This document shows, piece after piece, positions 1-12,566 of a DNA stretch of 64,000 nucleotides. Numbering within the stretch: position 1 is the first letter of the stretch; each line of letters begins with the position of its first letter. The translations under genes and the position numbers were made by a program. The stretch covers positions 248,001 through 312,000 of the forward strand of contig NW_026250430.1 of NCBI RefSeq assembly GCF_024521635.1, in the 5' to 3' direction. Origin of the DNA: Tricharina praecox (lineage: Eukaryota). The notes beneath the pieces are model-generated. The model did no database searches, was not told the origin of the DNA, and worked only from the letters and a program-made list of their open reading frames with translations.

Positions 1-1424
1 CTCGGCACCCACCGCCGAATAACCTTTGTTTCTGTTTCTGTTTTTGTTTTTGTTTTTTTAAAGTGGCCCGCCACCTTTCAGGCCTTCCTTTCCTTTCCTT
101 TCGTATCAATCCCCTCGACGCACACGACCGACGGACGCGACTCCCACACCCCCCTAGGTATTCCCATCGTACCGATTCATCTCGTTTCCAATCAATAACT
201 CAATCAATCAATCGAAACGTCCTTCTGCTCACCCCCCCCCCCCTTCCCAAACACTCGCTTTGTTCCTAGAACCTAGGTAGTCGAGCGAACGAGCGCTGCG
301 ATTGGTTGATTGGTGGCTCAAAACTTAAACTTTGCAATGCGACGTGCTGCACAGTGTCAAGTGACTTACTTACGGGCTCATATCGAGTTATGTATATGTG
401 ACCATTGACCAGTCGAGGGGAGAGGGGAGGTTTCGGTTGGGCGGAGATGAGATGAAATCGAGGTGGAAGCTCGAGTCCGGAGGAGAGGAGGAGGAGAGGA
501 GGAGGAGAGAGGAGGAGGGCGCGGGGGGGGGGGGGGGGGGGGGGGTACTTCGCGTGTCATAGGAATAGAGTACAGTATCAAAGCACTCTATGCAGTGCAC
601 GGAGTATGAATACACACATGTATTGATTGGCCTTGTATTGATTGGCCAGGGGGGGAGGAGTCGCTGGCGGTGGAATGCGGGGAAATACACCCCCCTCACC
701 CCTCCCCTCCCCCTCCATATCATCCCCCATATCAACCGGTCCCGGCGGGATTGATTGCTTGATTGATTGAGCTACCATATTTATGCACATATGCACATTT
801 CACATTGCACATGAATTGCGGGGTGTGAAGAATACCCACTACCCATCAACCCATACCCTATGCACAAAGCACACGCGCAACAGCACTCGACGGCGCAAAC
901 CGTGAATAATTCAAACTGCCCCTCCCCGTTTGTTGTTCGGTTTTGCTTTTTTTCGGTTTGCTTCTGTCGTTCGCTCGTTTCGCCCTCCGGAAGGAAATGC
1001 TACGGAAAAACTGCGCGGGGAGGCGGGGGGAGGGAAGAAAAGAAAAGAAAATGTATTTCTGCTTGTTTCCCTCGTCCCCGCTCCCTAGTGTATTGTATGT
1101 TGTACTGGTATGTACTCATTTGGGCAAGTAAGTACCTACTACCTACTGGTTGGTAGAGGAACATAGGTGAAGAAGTATGTAAGCCAAAGCCCACGTTCGT
1201 CCTGGTGCTGGTACTAGGAGGGACCAGAACATCCGCCCTGGCTGCGCGAGAGGGAGAGAGAGCATCAATCTATGTACCGTCGCCTACGGCCTGCAGGCTG
1301 CAGGCTGCATATCCCGCTGGCCAAGGCCGTGGCCGTAGTGATTGCCCGTGAAGCTGCAAGCCTCCCCCCCCCCCGCGCCCCGGCGCGCACAGTAGCAGTA
1401 ACAACAGTAGCACTATGCCCCACT

Positions 1425-1612
1425 AGTTCTGTTCGGATTGTTCAATTTTTTCGGAGGACTGTTCTGACTGTTCTATTCCGCTCGGACTGTTCGGACTATT
1501 CGGACTGTTTGGAGGATTATTCGGTTCGGACTGTCCGGAGAACCAGGTATTCGGTTCGGACTGTTCAGAGGACTATTTGGTCTGAACTGTTCGCATGACT
1601 GTTTGGACTGTA
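1425..1612. repeat. Degenerate minisatellite of TGTTCGGAC-like ~9-mers
   Basis: Repeated GTTCGGACT / TTCGGACTG variants. Confidence 0.7.
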
Positions 1613-2622
1613 TGTACTCACCTAAAACCTACCTACAACATATTTGCTCTACATACCTACGTGCAGATAGACGTACGTACTGTGTGTGCGTGTGGTCACA
1701 TAATCGTCATCATCACCACCATCACCACCATCACCACCTCCACCTCCACCTCCACCACTAGCATCATCGTCATCATCATCAGTAAACAGCACCTTCACCG
1801 CACGTGCAAATACTACGAATGCCCCGCAATCGCACCGCAAATGCCCCTTGAGTCGTCGCCGGACCTCGCATTACATTGTACAATGAACCTAGCCTGCACC
1901 GTGGTCCGTTGAGATACCTAACACATGTGCGACATAGCACGCGCAGCACTTATTTCTCGACCGACTTACATACTGACAGTCTGATGTACGCTTGAGACCG
2001 GAAACGAAAATTGAGGCATAAAGGTCCTCCGTTTCCGTCCTCCGTTTCCGTCTTCAAGGTGGAGGATTCCCCGGTCATGGAGTCACGACATCGACGATGG
2101 AGAGATCTGAGAGATGGAAGAAGAAGAAAAAAACTTCGAAACGTTCAAAGTTCGAACTAGCCCAAGCCCAGCATGTGTTTTTGTTCTCTCCGTACAACAA
2201 TGTCGTAAAAATAGAAACGGAAATGAAAATGGAAATGGAAATGGAAAAGAAAAAAAGCATGCGGAAAAGAATACCGTAGAGAGCAATCAAGCAAGCCAAA
2301 CGTAAACGAGCGCCAAAAACCCAAACCAAACCAAACAAACCATACAAACCAAACCAAACTGAAACCAACCTGAAAACCAAACCGAAAACCAAACCGAAAA
2401 CCAAACCAAACACAGTACGCCAGATCCTTCCATAAGTAAAAGTATGTGAGTAAGTAAGGAAGTGTAATGAAGGATATAAGTACCTGGAAAGCGGCCCTCC
2501 CCCCAATATCCCCGAAGCCGGAAGCAGAGCAAAGAAAGAGGGGAGAAAAAAAGATCAATAAAAAGAATGCTCCTATCGTATCAGGCTCTCGGGTCAAGAG
2601 TTGTCTGCTGTTGACCCGTTTC

Positions 2623-2656
<34 letters not shown>

Positions 2657-2976
2657 CTCCTTCTCCCACCCTCCCCGTCCTCCCATTCCCTCACTCTCCG
2701 ATCCACCCGAGAGCGAGACCAAACAAAAACGAAATGCCCTAAGTATCCAGGATCTCTCCAAAAACGAACGGTAAGCTCCCTACCGATGCCGGATAGGTGA
2801 TGTGACGACTTTTTTCTGCTTCGGGACATCAAACTCCCCCCCTCCCCCCAACCCTCAACCCCCCAGCCGGTAACGCAGACGAAAGGAAACGACGAAGGGC
2901 AAGAAATCCGCACTACTGGTTTGGGTGACAATATGGCCGGCCGCACGGACGAACGCTGGTTCTGAGCCGGGGACGG

Positions 2977-3983
2977 TCATTTGCCCGCAAAGTGCTCTTT
3001 GGCGTATTGTTCGCAGGCCTGGTAATACTCGTCAGTAATCAAGTTCAATCCTTAGCCCCAGCCAATGACCGAGTGATGATGGACGAATGGGTGGATGTGT
3101 CGACTCTTGTTGTTGTTGATGACGAGTCGATGGGAACGGGAGAGGGGAAGAAGAAGGGGAAGAAGAAGGGGAGGAAGTCTCACTTTTGCCGGCTTGCCCA
3201 CTTTCTGGCCAATCACCTTCCATTTGTTGGTGTCGTATTCTCTGATAGCCGCGAGAAGGGCGGCACTCTGCGGGGTGTGGTCAGTATCGGCCTCGTTTAC
3301 AATGGACATCGGACAGCATGGCACTTTGGCTGGTGCTGGTAGCCCTTGTATAATACGTACTTCGTCTTCTCCAAATTCAGCATAGTGCATATCCTATGGA
3401 TGAGAGTCAGCCCACAACGGCCCGCCGTTAGTTAGCGACTTAGCCCAAGCGTGCTTTTTTTTTCCTTTCCCCGCCATCGATCATCATCATCACCATCATC
3501 GTGCGTGATGTGATTTGTGGCGCGGCAACGGAATGAGCATCGCAGGGGGGAGAAACCGGTGGGGTTATGACGTACCTTGTACCAATGCTTCTTGACACTT
3601 CCCTCGGTCCTCGTCGGGAACGTCTTCGCGATCTCGCTCCAGGAGTTTCCCGCGTCCCGCATGGCCTTAAGCCGTTGCTCTTCGGCCGCCGTCCACGGTG
3701 TGTTGGTTCGCGGTCTCTTCGCCGGTGCCAGGGCGCCGCTAGCACCCCCCCCGCCGCCTCCGCCGCCGCCGGCATTACCACCGCCCGCGGCCGACGACTG
3801 TGCCGCCTTCCGCTTCTTGTTGGTCGTCGGTGTCTGCGGGCTCAGGAGGTCATCGTCGTCCACGCCGCCGCCGAGATCCATCCCCACGCCCATATCAACC
3901 TTCTTGTCGACGATGTGGGGATCGGTGATGGTGGCGGGGATGATGGGCTGCTCGGTAGCGGGCTTGATGGGCCGTCTCGACAT
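2977..3983 (-). CDS. Myb/SANT-like DNA-binding protein, 4 exons (3983-3576, 3393-3361, 3267-3184, 3018-2977)
   Basis: GT-AG splicing joins ...TPWTAAEEQRLKAMRDAGNSWSEIAKTFPTRTEGSVKKHWYK/DMHYAEFGEDE/SAALLAAIREYDTNKWKVIGQKVGKPAK/ACEQYAKEHFAGK*, with Myb-spaced Trp residues and a second degenerate repeat. All junctions keep frame. Start taken as first ATG (MSRRPIKP); basic NKKRK is NLS-like. Confidence 0.88.
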
Positions 3984-6900
3984 GCTCTGCTGGCTAGTGA
4001 ACGGAGCCTGGCTTTGGAGTAATGAGAGGAGCTCTTCGGAATATTCTGTGTCGAAGTGGTGGAGTTCCGGTGACCTGGCGGGGTGTACTGTTTGTCGTTC
4101 TCTCGAATGAGGTTTAGACCGGGGGGTGGGGGTATGTATTTCGATGGAGTGGGGCAAGAACTCACGACATGTAAAGAGTATTTTTCTCGGGTCGAGAAAC
4201 TTCCCTGGCGGTACTGTACTTTGTTGTTTGCTGGTGATGACTCGACCTGTCTAGGCGACGGGATTCTCGGGATAAAATCTAGAACCAGGTATGTGGGGAT
4301 GTGGGTGAGGCAGGCAAAGCAGGCAGGCAGGCAGGCGGGCAAGTCAGGTAGGTAGCAGGTCAGGTAAGTAGGTAGGTAGGTTAGGTAGGTAGGTAGGTAA
4401 GTAAATAGGTAGGCAAGCAAGTAGGTAGGTAAATGGTAAATGCGAACGGTGAATATGACGGTATGTAGTGGTGTGAAGATGTTTTTGACTACGGGGTGGA
4501 GTGAGTTTGGGAAACGCACAGGCGGCCTTGCTTTCCTGACTGTGATGGTGGCTTTTTTTCTTTTCTTCTTCTTCTTTTGCTTTGCCTGGGTTGGGGCTGG
4601 CTGGCTAGATTGATTGATTGTCTGCTTCCGCTGGGGCTTCTGTTTCTGGTTTTTTTTGTTCTGGCTGGTTTGCTGCCGGGCTATGGCAAATTCGGATTTT
4701 TTTTCCTTTTCTTTCTTTCCGAGAAATGCCCAAAGAGATAAGAGGGAGAGGATGAGAGTTTTCGGGGGCGGGAGTCGATCAGTAACTGACTACCGTGATC
4801 GCCACAAGCAACGTGCTGCAGTTAACCCGCTAGTTGGGGAGGACAAACGCCTGTACCAGCACCGGTACCATTGTACTCACTATATACTCCAGACTGAGGG
4901 CAGCAGCCGGATCAGGAGTAGAGGCAGGAGCACGAGCAGCAAGGCGGGAGAAACAACTTGGGGGCGGTGGGGGGAGGGGTGAGGGAGGAGAGGTGGGGAG
5001 GGGTGGTGGTGGGTTCGGGATTTGCAGCAGCAGCAGCTCGGGGTACGAGGGGAGGCAAGAGGCAAGAGGCAAGAGCAATAGGCAGAGGCAGGAAGCTGTA
5101 TGTACAAGGGCTGGGCCGTATGTTACGTTACGTCGGTGCTTTTCAATTCTCTGCCCTCTCGTTCGTTGGTGCATTCGGTCGAGTCTCGCCCAGCAGAAAC
5201 GAATTATGTACTTCTAGTGCGGGGTAGCTAGGTGGATACGGGGATCATGAGATGGATGGCTGGCTGAATGGCTGGAGAGGCTGCAGAGTGAATGAGCTCC
5301 ATGGGCGTGTATTGGATGGCTTGTTTATTACGGAGGTGGTACTTTAGTTTTATGTATGCCTTGATTTAGTGGACGAAGAAGGCATAGGGTGGGCATGGTG
5401 GTGGTGGAGGTGGATGTGGTAGTGGTGGATGTGGTCGTGGTGGAGGCGGTGGTGGAGGAGAGGAGTATGTGGAAGAGGTAGTGGTGGTGGAGGAGGTAGT
5501 GGTGGTGGTGGCCATAGTGGGTGGTGGTGGAGGAGGCCATGGTAGTGGTGGTGGAGATGGTTGGGCAGGGGAGGGGCTAGACAAGTGTGGTGGAGAAGCG
5601 CAAGTATTCCGGCATGTGCCTATGGGCGGTGTGAGTGGCACCGAGAAGCCATCGTCGGCCATTCTCGAGCCCTTTCGCTCCGGACTTGGCCATGGCCACT
5701 TGTTTATTTGTTTACTTTGTTTACTCTGTTTACTTTGTTTCCCTGGTCCGATTCCCAGTCGGGAAAGTATCATCATCCGTCTACAAACAACTGCCTGCAG
5801 CGTACTCAAGGTATGTACATGTCATGTCATGCCACAACCACGTACCTAATGTATATACAGCCATGCGTAGACTCTAGAGTACCTCTGACTACATACATCT
5901 TACATATCACCGCCACCATTACCTGCAACCGATTGCAAGCGGCGAGAGGAGGAAGGAAGGAGAGAGACGGAGAGAGAGAAAGAGTGCGGAGAAAAGCAAA
6001 CATCGAGAGGACGAAGCGAAACAGTATCGCAAGTGCAAGTCGCGGAATTCTCGTTCGCACTATCCACCCACCAGATATCCCGTGGTCGAGCAGGTGTCTG
6101 AACTTAATCGATCGAACCGAACGAGCGAGCGAGCGAACCGAATAACAAGCGGAGGATCTCCGCACCAACCCTCGCCCCGCCCCACCTGCCCCTTCCTCCA
6201 ACCCAACCTTGGGGCCCCAGCCGAACCGACGTCACGCGCATCCGCTGTTTCTTTGCTCGCGGGGAGGGGGCATCGTTCGAGCACCACTTGGGTACTTTTT
6301 TATGTAGATTACTTACTGCTGGATGGTGCAGCGCTGCACTTTGGCTTCTCGTCCACCGCCGAATCGACTCAACGCGCAACCCATCGTTCCCCAGAGTACT
6401 CCTCTCCCCTCGTGTTTCCCCCTCCATCTGGTGGGCAACCGGGAACCCCCCGATCCCACCAAAGATCGAGAGCGCCTAGCCGCCTCCCTCATGTACTCAT
6501 GTATGTACTCTCGTTAGTTACTCGCTCCAAGCAAGCAAGTACTCCACATACATTCTTCCTTTGGCAGCTACCTCTGCGACGACCGGAAAACCAAACAAAA
6601 ACAAAGAAAAAACAAAGAAAAAACAAAAACAAAATATGACATGCAGAAAAAAAATCGTCGTCATCGTCCGTCAGCAAAAAAAAACGGAAAGTAAACATGT
6701 ATGATATGTAGAGTACGTACCTCTTACTTACTCGCGAGATCGAGAATCCGGTGCTGGCCTATGGGCTTTACCGATCCCAGACATTTCCATTCCATGCCCT
6801 CTCTCCGCCTTGTATGTGGAGTACAGTATCCCTTGTTCGGAGGATGTAGTTACATGGATGCGGGGGAGGGGCAACTGGAATAGAGTAGAGTAAAGAGTAA

Positions 6901-9900
6901 AGTCCGCAGAGTACCCTATGTAAGAAATATGTACCTATGAACAAGGAATACATGCTCCAGTGTCCAGTGTCCAGTATCCACCAGGAACAAACCGTCTGGT
7001 GTCCAAGTAGAGTACCCTACCCGGCCAGACTGACTCCGCGAACTGCCGCCGCCACCTGCGAGCGTGCGTGCGTGAGATGTGAAGTTTTCTCCGTGAGGGG
7101 GCGCCCCCGGCGAGTCGGCGGGGATTTTTCGTTCGAACTATCTAACCATCCATCCATCTGCTCTGTCTATCTATCCACTACTATACGTAGATAACTAACC
7201 ACCTCACATGTTTCCGCTTTCGGCCTTTACGCGAAACGAGCCCGCTCTTAGTCACCGATTATCACTAGAATCTATTTCTTCCCCCCTCCCCCCCCCCACA
7301 AACCCGTGATCGCGAGGGGCACAAACATCCCCCCGCCGATAGAAACACGTCAGATTTTGTTTGTCCGGAGGAGGGGGGCGTCTTTGGCCACAACCGTCCA
7401 CAGTCCATCCCATCAACTCCGCAGCTCCGCTCGGAGGTCTGCCTGCCTCAGACCGGCCTGCTGGCGGCACATGCATAACTCGTATTTTTCTTTCTTTCTT
7501 CGGAGACGCGAGGATGGACGGTATGTACCAGAGCAAGTTATCCGCGGGCAGGCTTATCCTCGAGTGTCGATTGGCTTTGGGAGGGAAGCACTTGCTTACT
7601 ACCTAGCAAAGTACACTCTGCACTCTGCAGTGCCCCCCCTTTGGGGTTGTTTCTCCTCGTTTGTTTGGTTGTTTTGTTTGTGTGGTTATTTGTGAGGGCT
7701 GGCTGGGGCTGAAAGTTGAAACAGCAGCATTCGATCGAATCCCGGTAAACTAATTGTTTCGTTTCGGTTGGGTTGGGAATCCGTGATTGTGATTGAATCA
7801 ATCGCCAGTAGATAATGTTTCTCCACCACCACCAGCACAACCACCTGCTCCTCCGCCTGAGCGAGCCCTTTGCGGTGGGAATAAATTATTCACCATAGAT
7901 TGCGCACCCGCGTGAGGGCGTCGCTGATTGATGCGTTTGGCCAGCCCCGCGGACTCTGGAGCTGTGTTTCCTTTCGCCTTCCCCTTTGTTAAGGCAATCC
8001 ACTCCGCTTGACTGTATGTACCGTACTCCGGTCAGCCACCACCACCAGCACTTATCATCACCGTCGACTACCTACCCACCAATGTATTCACGAAGCTGAG
8101 AGATGTAGAAGTACATAGAATCCTAGATCGCTACATCTTCCCAGGCTTCCCAGGCTTCCCACTGCTCCTGCGGTGCGACTACCCGTCACACAGGGATGCG
8201 TGAGGCCCACCTGCCCACCCAATTCGCTGGATCTCTTCATGGGGGCCGACTATGTTTGAGACGATCCCACTGGCTTGGGACAATGGGATTATGGGTGGGC
8301 ATCCATGATCATCGTGTGCCAGTGTATGCCTGCCTGCCTGCCTGCCAGGAGGTGTGACGGTGTGATGGTGTAAAGTGTGTGTGTGTTTCGTGTTTCGTGT
8401 GTGCGACACCCGTCCAGCAACCCTTCCAGCGACACCCGTCCAGCGTCCAGCCCAAGCGACAGCCGAGAGAGAAGAGAAAGAACTGCACTTGTTGATAGTT
8501 CACTTGTGTGATGGGGATGGGATGATGAGGAATCGGATGGGGATGAGGATGCACATTGCACATTGCACGCACGCAAAACCGGGTGACGGCGTATGCACTG
8601 TAGATTATTCTAAAAGTTGCAGATTTGCAGTGTGTGTACCAGTGTACCACCAGTGACCAGTGACGCTGATGTGATGTGTGCGTCCTGGGCCCGGGTGGGT
8701 GTGTGTAGTGTGTAGTGTGGGGCTTGGAAGTTGGAGTTGGTGGTGGGTTGGTGGGCGTTTGTTTCCCTGCTATTGCTGTGTTGCCGATGATCTGGACATG
8801 GAGTATCACTCGCGAATGGATCTGGGACTGAGGTTTTTTTTTGTTTCTTTTATTTCTTGGTTTCTTGCTTGGTTGTTCGAGACGGTTGAATGATGTAACA
8901 GACGGACTTGGCTGCAACGGTGTGCAATTTACGTCAACCGTTGAAGAATCGACTTCATATCGGCGGTGGATGGCGGTGTCGGATTGATGGATGTTTGTAT
9001 CATATGTACATCATGTATGTACCCACTATTGACAGTGGAGGGAGCAGAGCTTTGAGTTTAGAGCGTTGAGACACAGAGTATGTAGAAAGAAAAACAAACA
9101 AACAGGAGGCCATATAGAGTATTTTGACTTTGCGTTGGTAATTTGGCTGGCCACCGTAGCTGAGAAACAAAGTAGGTACAAAGTACTCTACCTGTGTATG
9201 TACGAGTACCGAGTAGAAATTAAAGCGCCGTCTCGTGATGGCCAACCCAACCTCCAAGCTGCTGTGCGTTGGCCATATAGGTAGGCCAATATCGAGGTAT
9301 CGAGGGGTACATACCTCCTACGTGTGTCCTCTCTTCCTTTCTCTCTCTCACTTTCGTGGGTGTCTGCTTTCCTCGACTTTCGATTTTAACTACATATCTA
9401 TCGTGCTCTCTCTACGAAACAGCTTCAGCAGCAGCCGCAGCAGTGCAGTGCGATGTGTCCTGCGACGTTCCGACTCCCTCTCATTGCCGCCGTCTCAGTG
9501 CAGTTTAGTCCCTCCCGTTGGTTAGCGAGAAATGTCCACACACGAACAAAAGCTCGCCCACCCATAACCCAACCGGGCCAACCCAACCCAACCCACCCAT
9601 ATTATTGGATTTTGGGTGGGCTTCCCGCCCCGCGCCGCCGCCGCCTGCCGCCTGCCGCCTGCCGCTTAACGCCCATCTGCCGGCATTCGCCTCCAACGAA
9701 CGTTAACTAACGAGCGAATGGATATCGACGAAGATATTTCTTGGCTTGTTGGAGGAGGGGGGGGGGAAGAACAGCTTCGAGATGTTCGAACGGCGTGTGT
9801 CCCCGCTCAAGTTACATACTCTTTCGCCGCCACCGCATCGTCGTCGTCCTGCTCCCCCACCCGCGTGCAGCAAACAGGCAACTCGGGCAGGCGCTTGTCC

Positions 9901-12502
9901 ATGCGCACATCTGTGAGCCGGGGAAGTTAGAACAAGTCTATCGGTCTGTCGGTCAGTCAATCGGTCGGGACGGGCATGTAGGCTGTCGATGATAATGATG
10001 ATTATGGGAGGGGAAACCCGACGCAGAGCGACGGAGGAACGACGACGTCGTCGACTGGGTTTGCCCGGGATGGTTAACTACTCTAGGTAAATATTTAGTT
10101 AGGGCCCACCGTGCACACGCGGATGGTTTCCCAAGGGCCCTGGGCCGCCCGCACATCAACAACAACACATCACGATTCCCATCAACCGATGATCAACGGC
10201 TATCCGAAAAAAGATTATTCACGCGCGTGGAATTGACTTCTCTGTCCTGAGGTACCGTATTAGGATCTACTAGCTCACTAAGTAGCTAGGTACTGCGATT
10301 AGCCATCCCGTCAATATATAACTATCACATCACATCGCGCATCGTTAGTTACATAGGGCCCGATTTTTGATCTGCTGCTACTGCTGCTGCTAACTACTGC
10401 TAACTGCCATATTTCCTATTCCGTCCTCGCTTCGCCCTCTTCTATTGCTGCTGTTGTTCCTGCTGGGGTTCCGCTTCATCTCCTTCTGAGTTCTCCAGGC
10501 TCCTCCTGCCTCTATCGTTGCACTTGCTTATGTATGTACCGTATGTACATGATCATTTGTTCGTCTTCTGATTTCTCCAAGCAGAAGCCGCCGCCGCTGC
10601 TGCTGCTTCTGTGGAGACCCGAGCCGTAGGTAGAGTACTTACTTAACTTAGGCACCTGGGCCTAGTCAACTATTCTATCTAGTGGGACGTCCTGCACGTT
10701 GTCCTCGGGGGTCCACGTTTCCTTTCTTTTTCCGTGGCCGCAGCGTGCAGATAGCTCCCTTTATCTTCCGCTTTGCGATTGTGGGGAGTCTGTATCCGAA
10801 AACGCGCCAGGGACGACATGGCACTACTGCCGGCCGTTACATAGTTCTGTATGTAGAGAACTTACCTCTCTCGTTCGTGTGTGTGTGTGTGAGGCGTGCG
10901 GGCTAAACGCACACACACATGATACTCTACATCCACTCACACGCCCCCGCACCACCGATCAATCGGTGCCGATTAAACGTATGTACATACATGGCTAATC
11001 ACAGTTGCGACTCCGGCCAATCGCCTCGTCGCTGGTTAGTTTGGCAATACCAAAGTGGCCCTTCCTTCACCTGCAGATGTGAAACGCTCGCAGCTTGCAG
11101 TTTTGTGACCGCACCGGACGGGTGGTGGCGGGAGGGAAGGAGGCAGGCACAGACAGACAGATAGGAAACACCACACACCACACACCGTCGTTGTTTACTG
11201 CACATGCGGGGGAACGTGACTCTTTTTCTCCTCTTTCTCTTGCTATTTCTCTCTCACACTCACACTCTCACTCTTTCTTTTTTTTGATTTTGTTTTGGTT
11301 CGGCAGGAACGGGCTGCCGAGGCGAGAAGGAAGGAAAGAAAGGAAAAAAGAAAGAAAAAAGGTTGAAGACTGGCCGGCCATATCCATGCACCGAGACGAA
11401 GGAGAATCACAATGGACGGAACAAGTGGTGATTCTGTCTGGTCCACTAACTACCGTACTCTACACACTCAAACCGGTGGGGGGAATCGTCCAGCTTGCTC
11501 GTAAGAGAAATCGATGTGTCTTCCCTCTGCCCCCACTCCGCTTGAAGAAACGGAAAAGACAAAAGAAAAAGAAAACTGATGGTTCTCTAGTGGATGTATC
11601 TACCAATGTACTTACACATCACGTGTGGGGGGAGTGGGTGTTCAAGGGCCGGCAACAACAGCCAGCGCCAGCCTTCATGGTCACTCGCCGCTCAACTCCA
11701 CTCCACTTCACTCCACTTCACTCCACTTCACCCCGCTTCATATCGCCACTCTACCTAGGTACTCTAGTGGCTATCTTGCCCCGATTGACTCCTGTCTGCC
11801 CCGCTGGCCTGGCCTGATGTCTCCATGCCTCCATGCCTCCATGCCTAAGTGCGGGCCGCTCTTTCTCCCGGTCATCCAACCAGCCAGTCAGCCAACTATC
11901 TATGATACACACCTAAGTACATACCTACCAGCCTGCCAGCCAACCCCACCGCCCACGTTACCGGTTTTTTTTGGGGTGAATCCTGGAGGGAGGGACCCAT
12001 CTGGGGCTGGGACTGGGAGAGCTTAGAGCTATGATATGTAGGTACCTCGAAATAGGTACCTATCTGCATACCTTCGTCCGGCTCTCCCATATCGATCACC
12101 CATCGCCCATCACCCATCACCCGTCCATCGCTTGGTTTGGCCGGTTGGTCGGTCAGGGAGAATTATCCCTCAGCTCACCACCACCGCCACCACCACCGCA
12201 TCGTGACAAAAGTCCTTCACTGCTGTGACTGATTGACTGGGCTTCTAGATCTGTGGTTTGGAAGCATACGGAAACTCCGTCTTGGGGTCGGAGGGGGCGG
12301 GGAGGAGGGGTGGAGTGGGGTGGGTATGCGAACGGACGAACGACGGCGACGATGATGATTGCTTGCTTGCTCGCTCGCTCGCTCGCCTGCCGCCAACCAT
12401 ACCAACCTACCGGCGAATATGATCCGGCTCGACCATCCCTGACTCGGGGGGTGCCACCCTGCGCGTGAGAACTGGGGACCGGGGGGACCGGGGGGACTGG
12501 AA

Positions 12503-12566
12503 CTGTGTCTGCACTGTCTGTGTCTGCACTGTCTGTGTCTGCACTGTCTGTGTCTGCACTGTCTGT
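12503..12566. repeat. 15-bp perfect tandem repeat (CTGTGTCTGCACTGT) x4
   Basis: Directly visible in the sequence. Confidence 0.9.
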
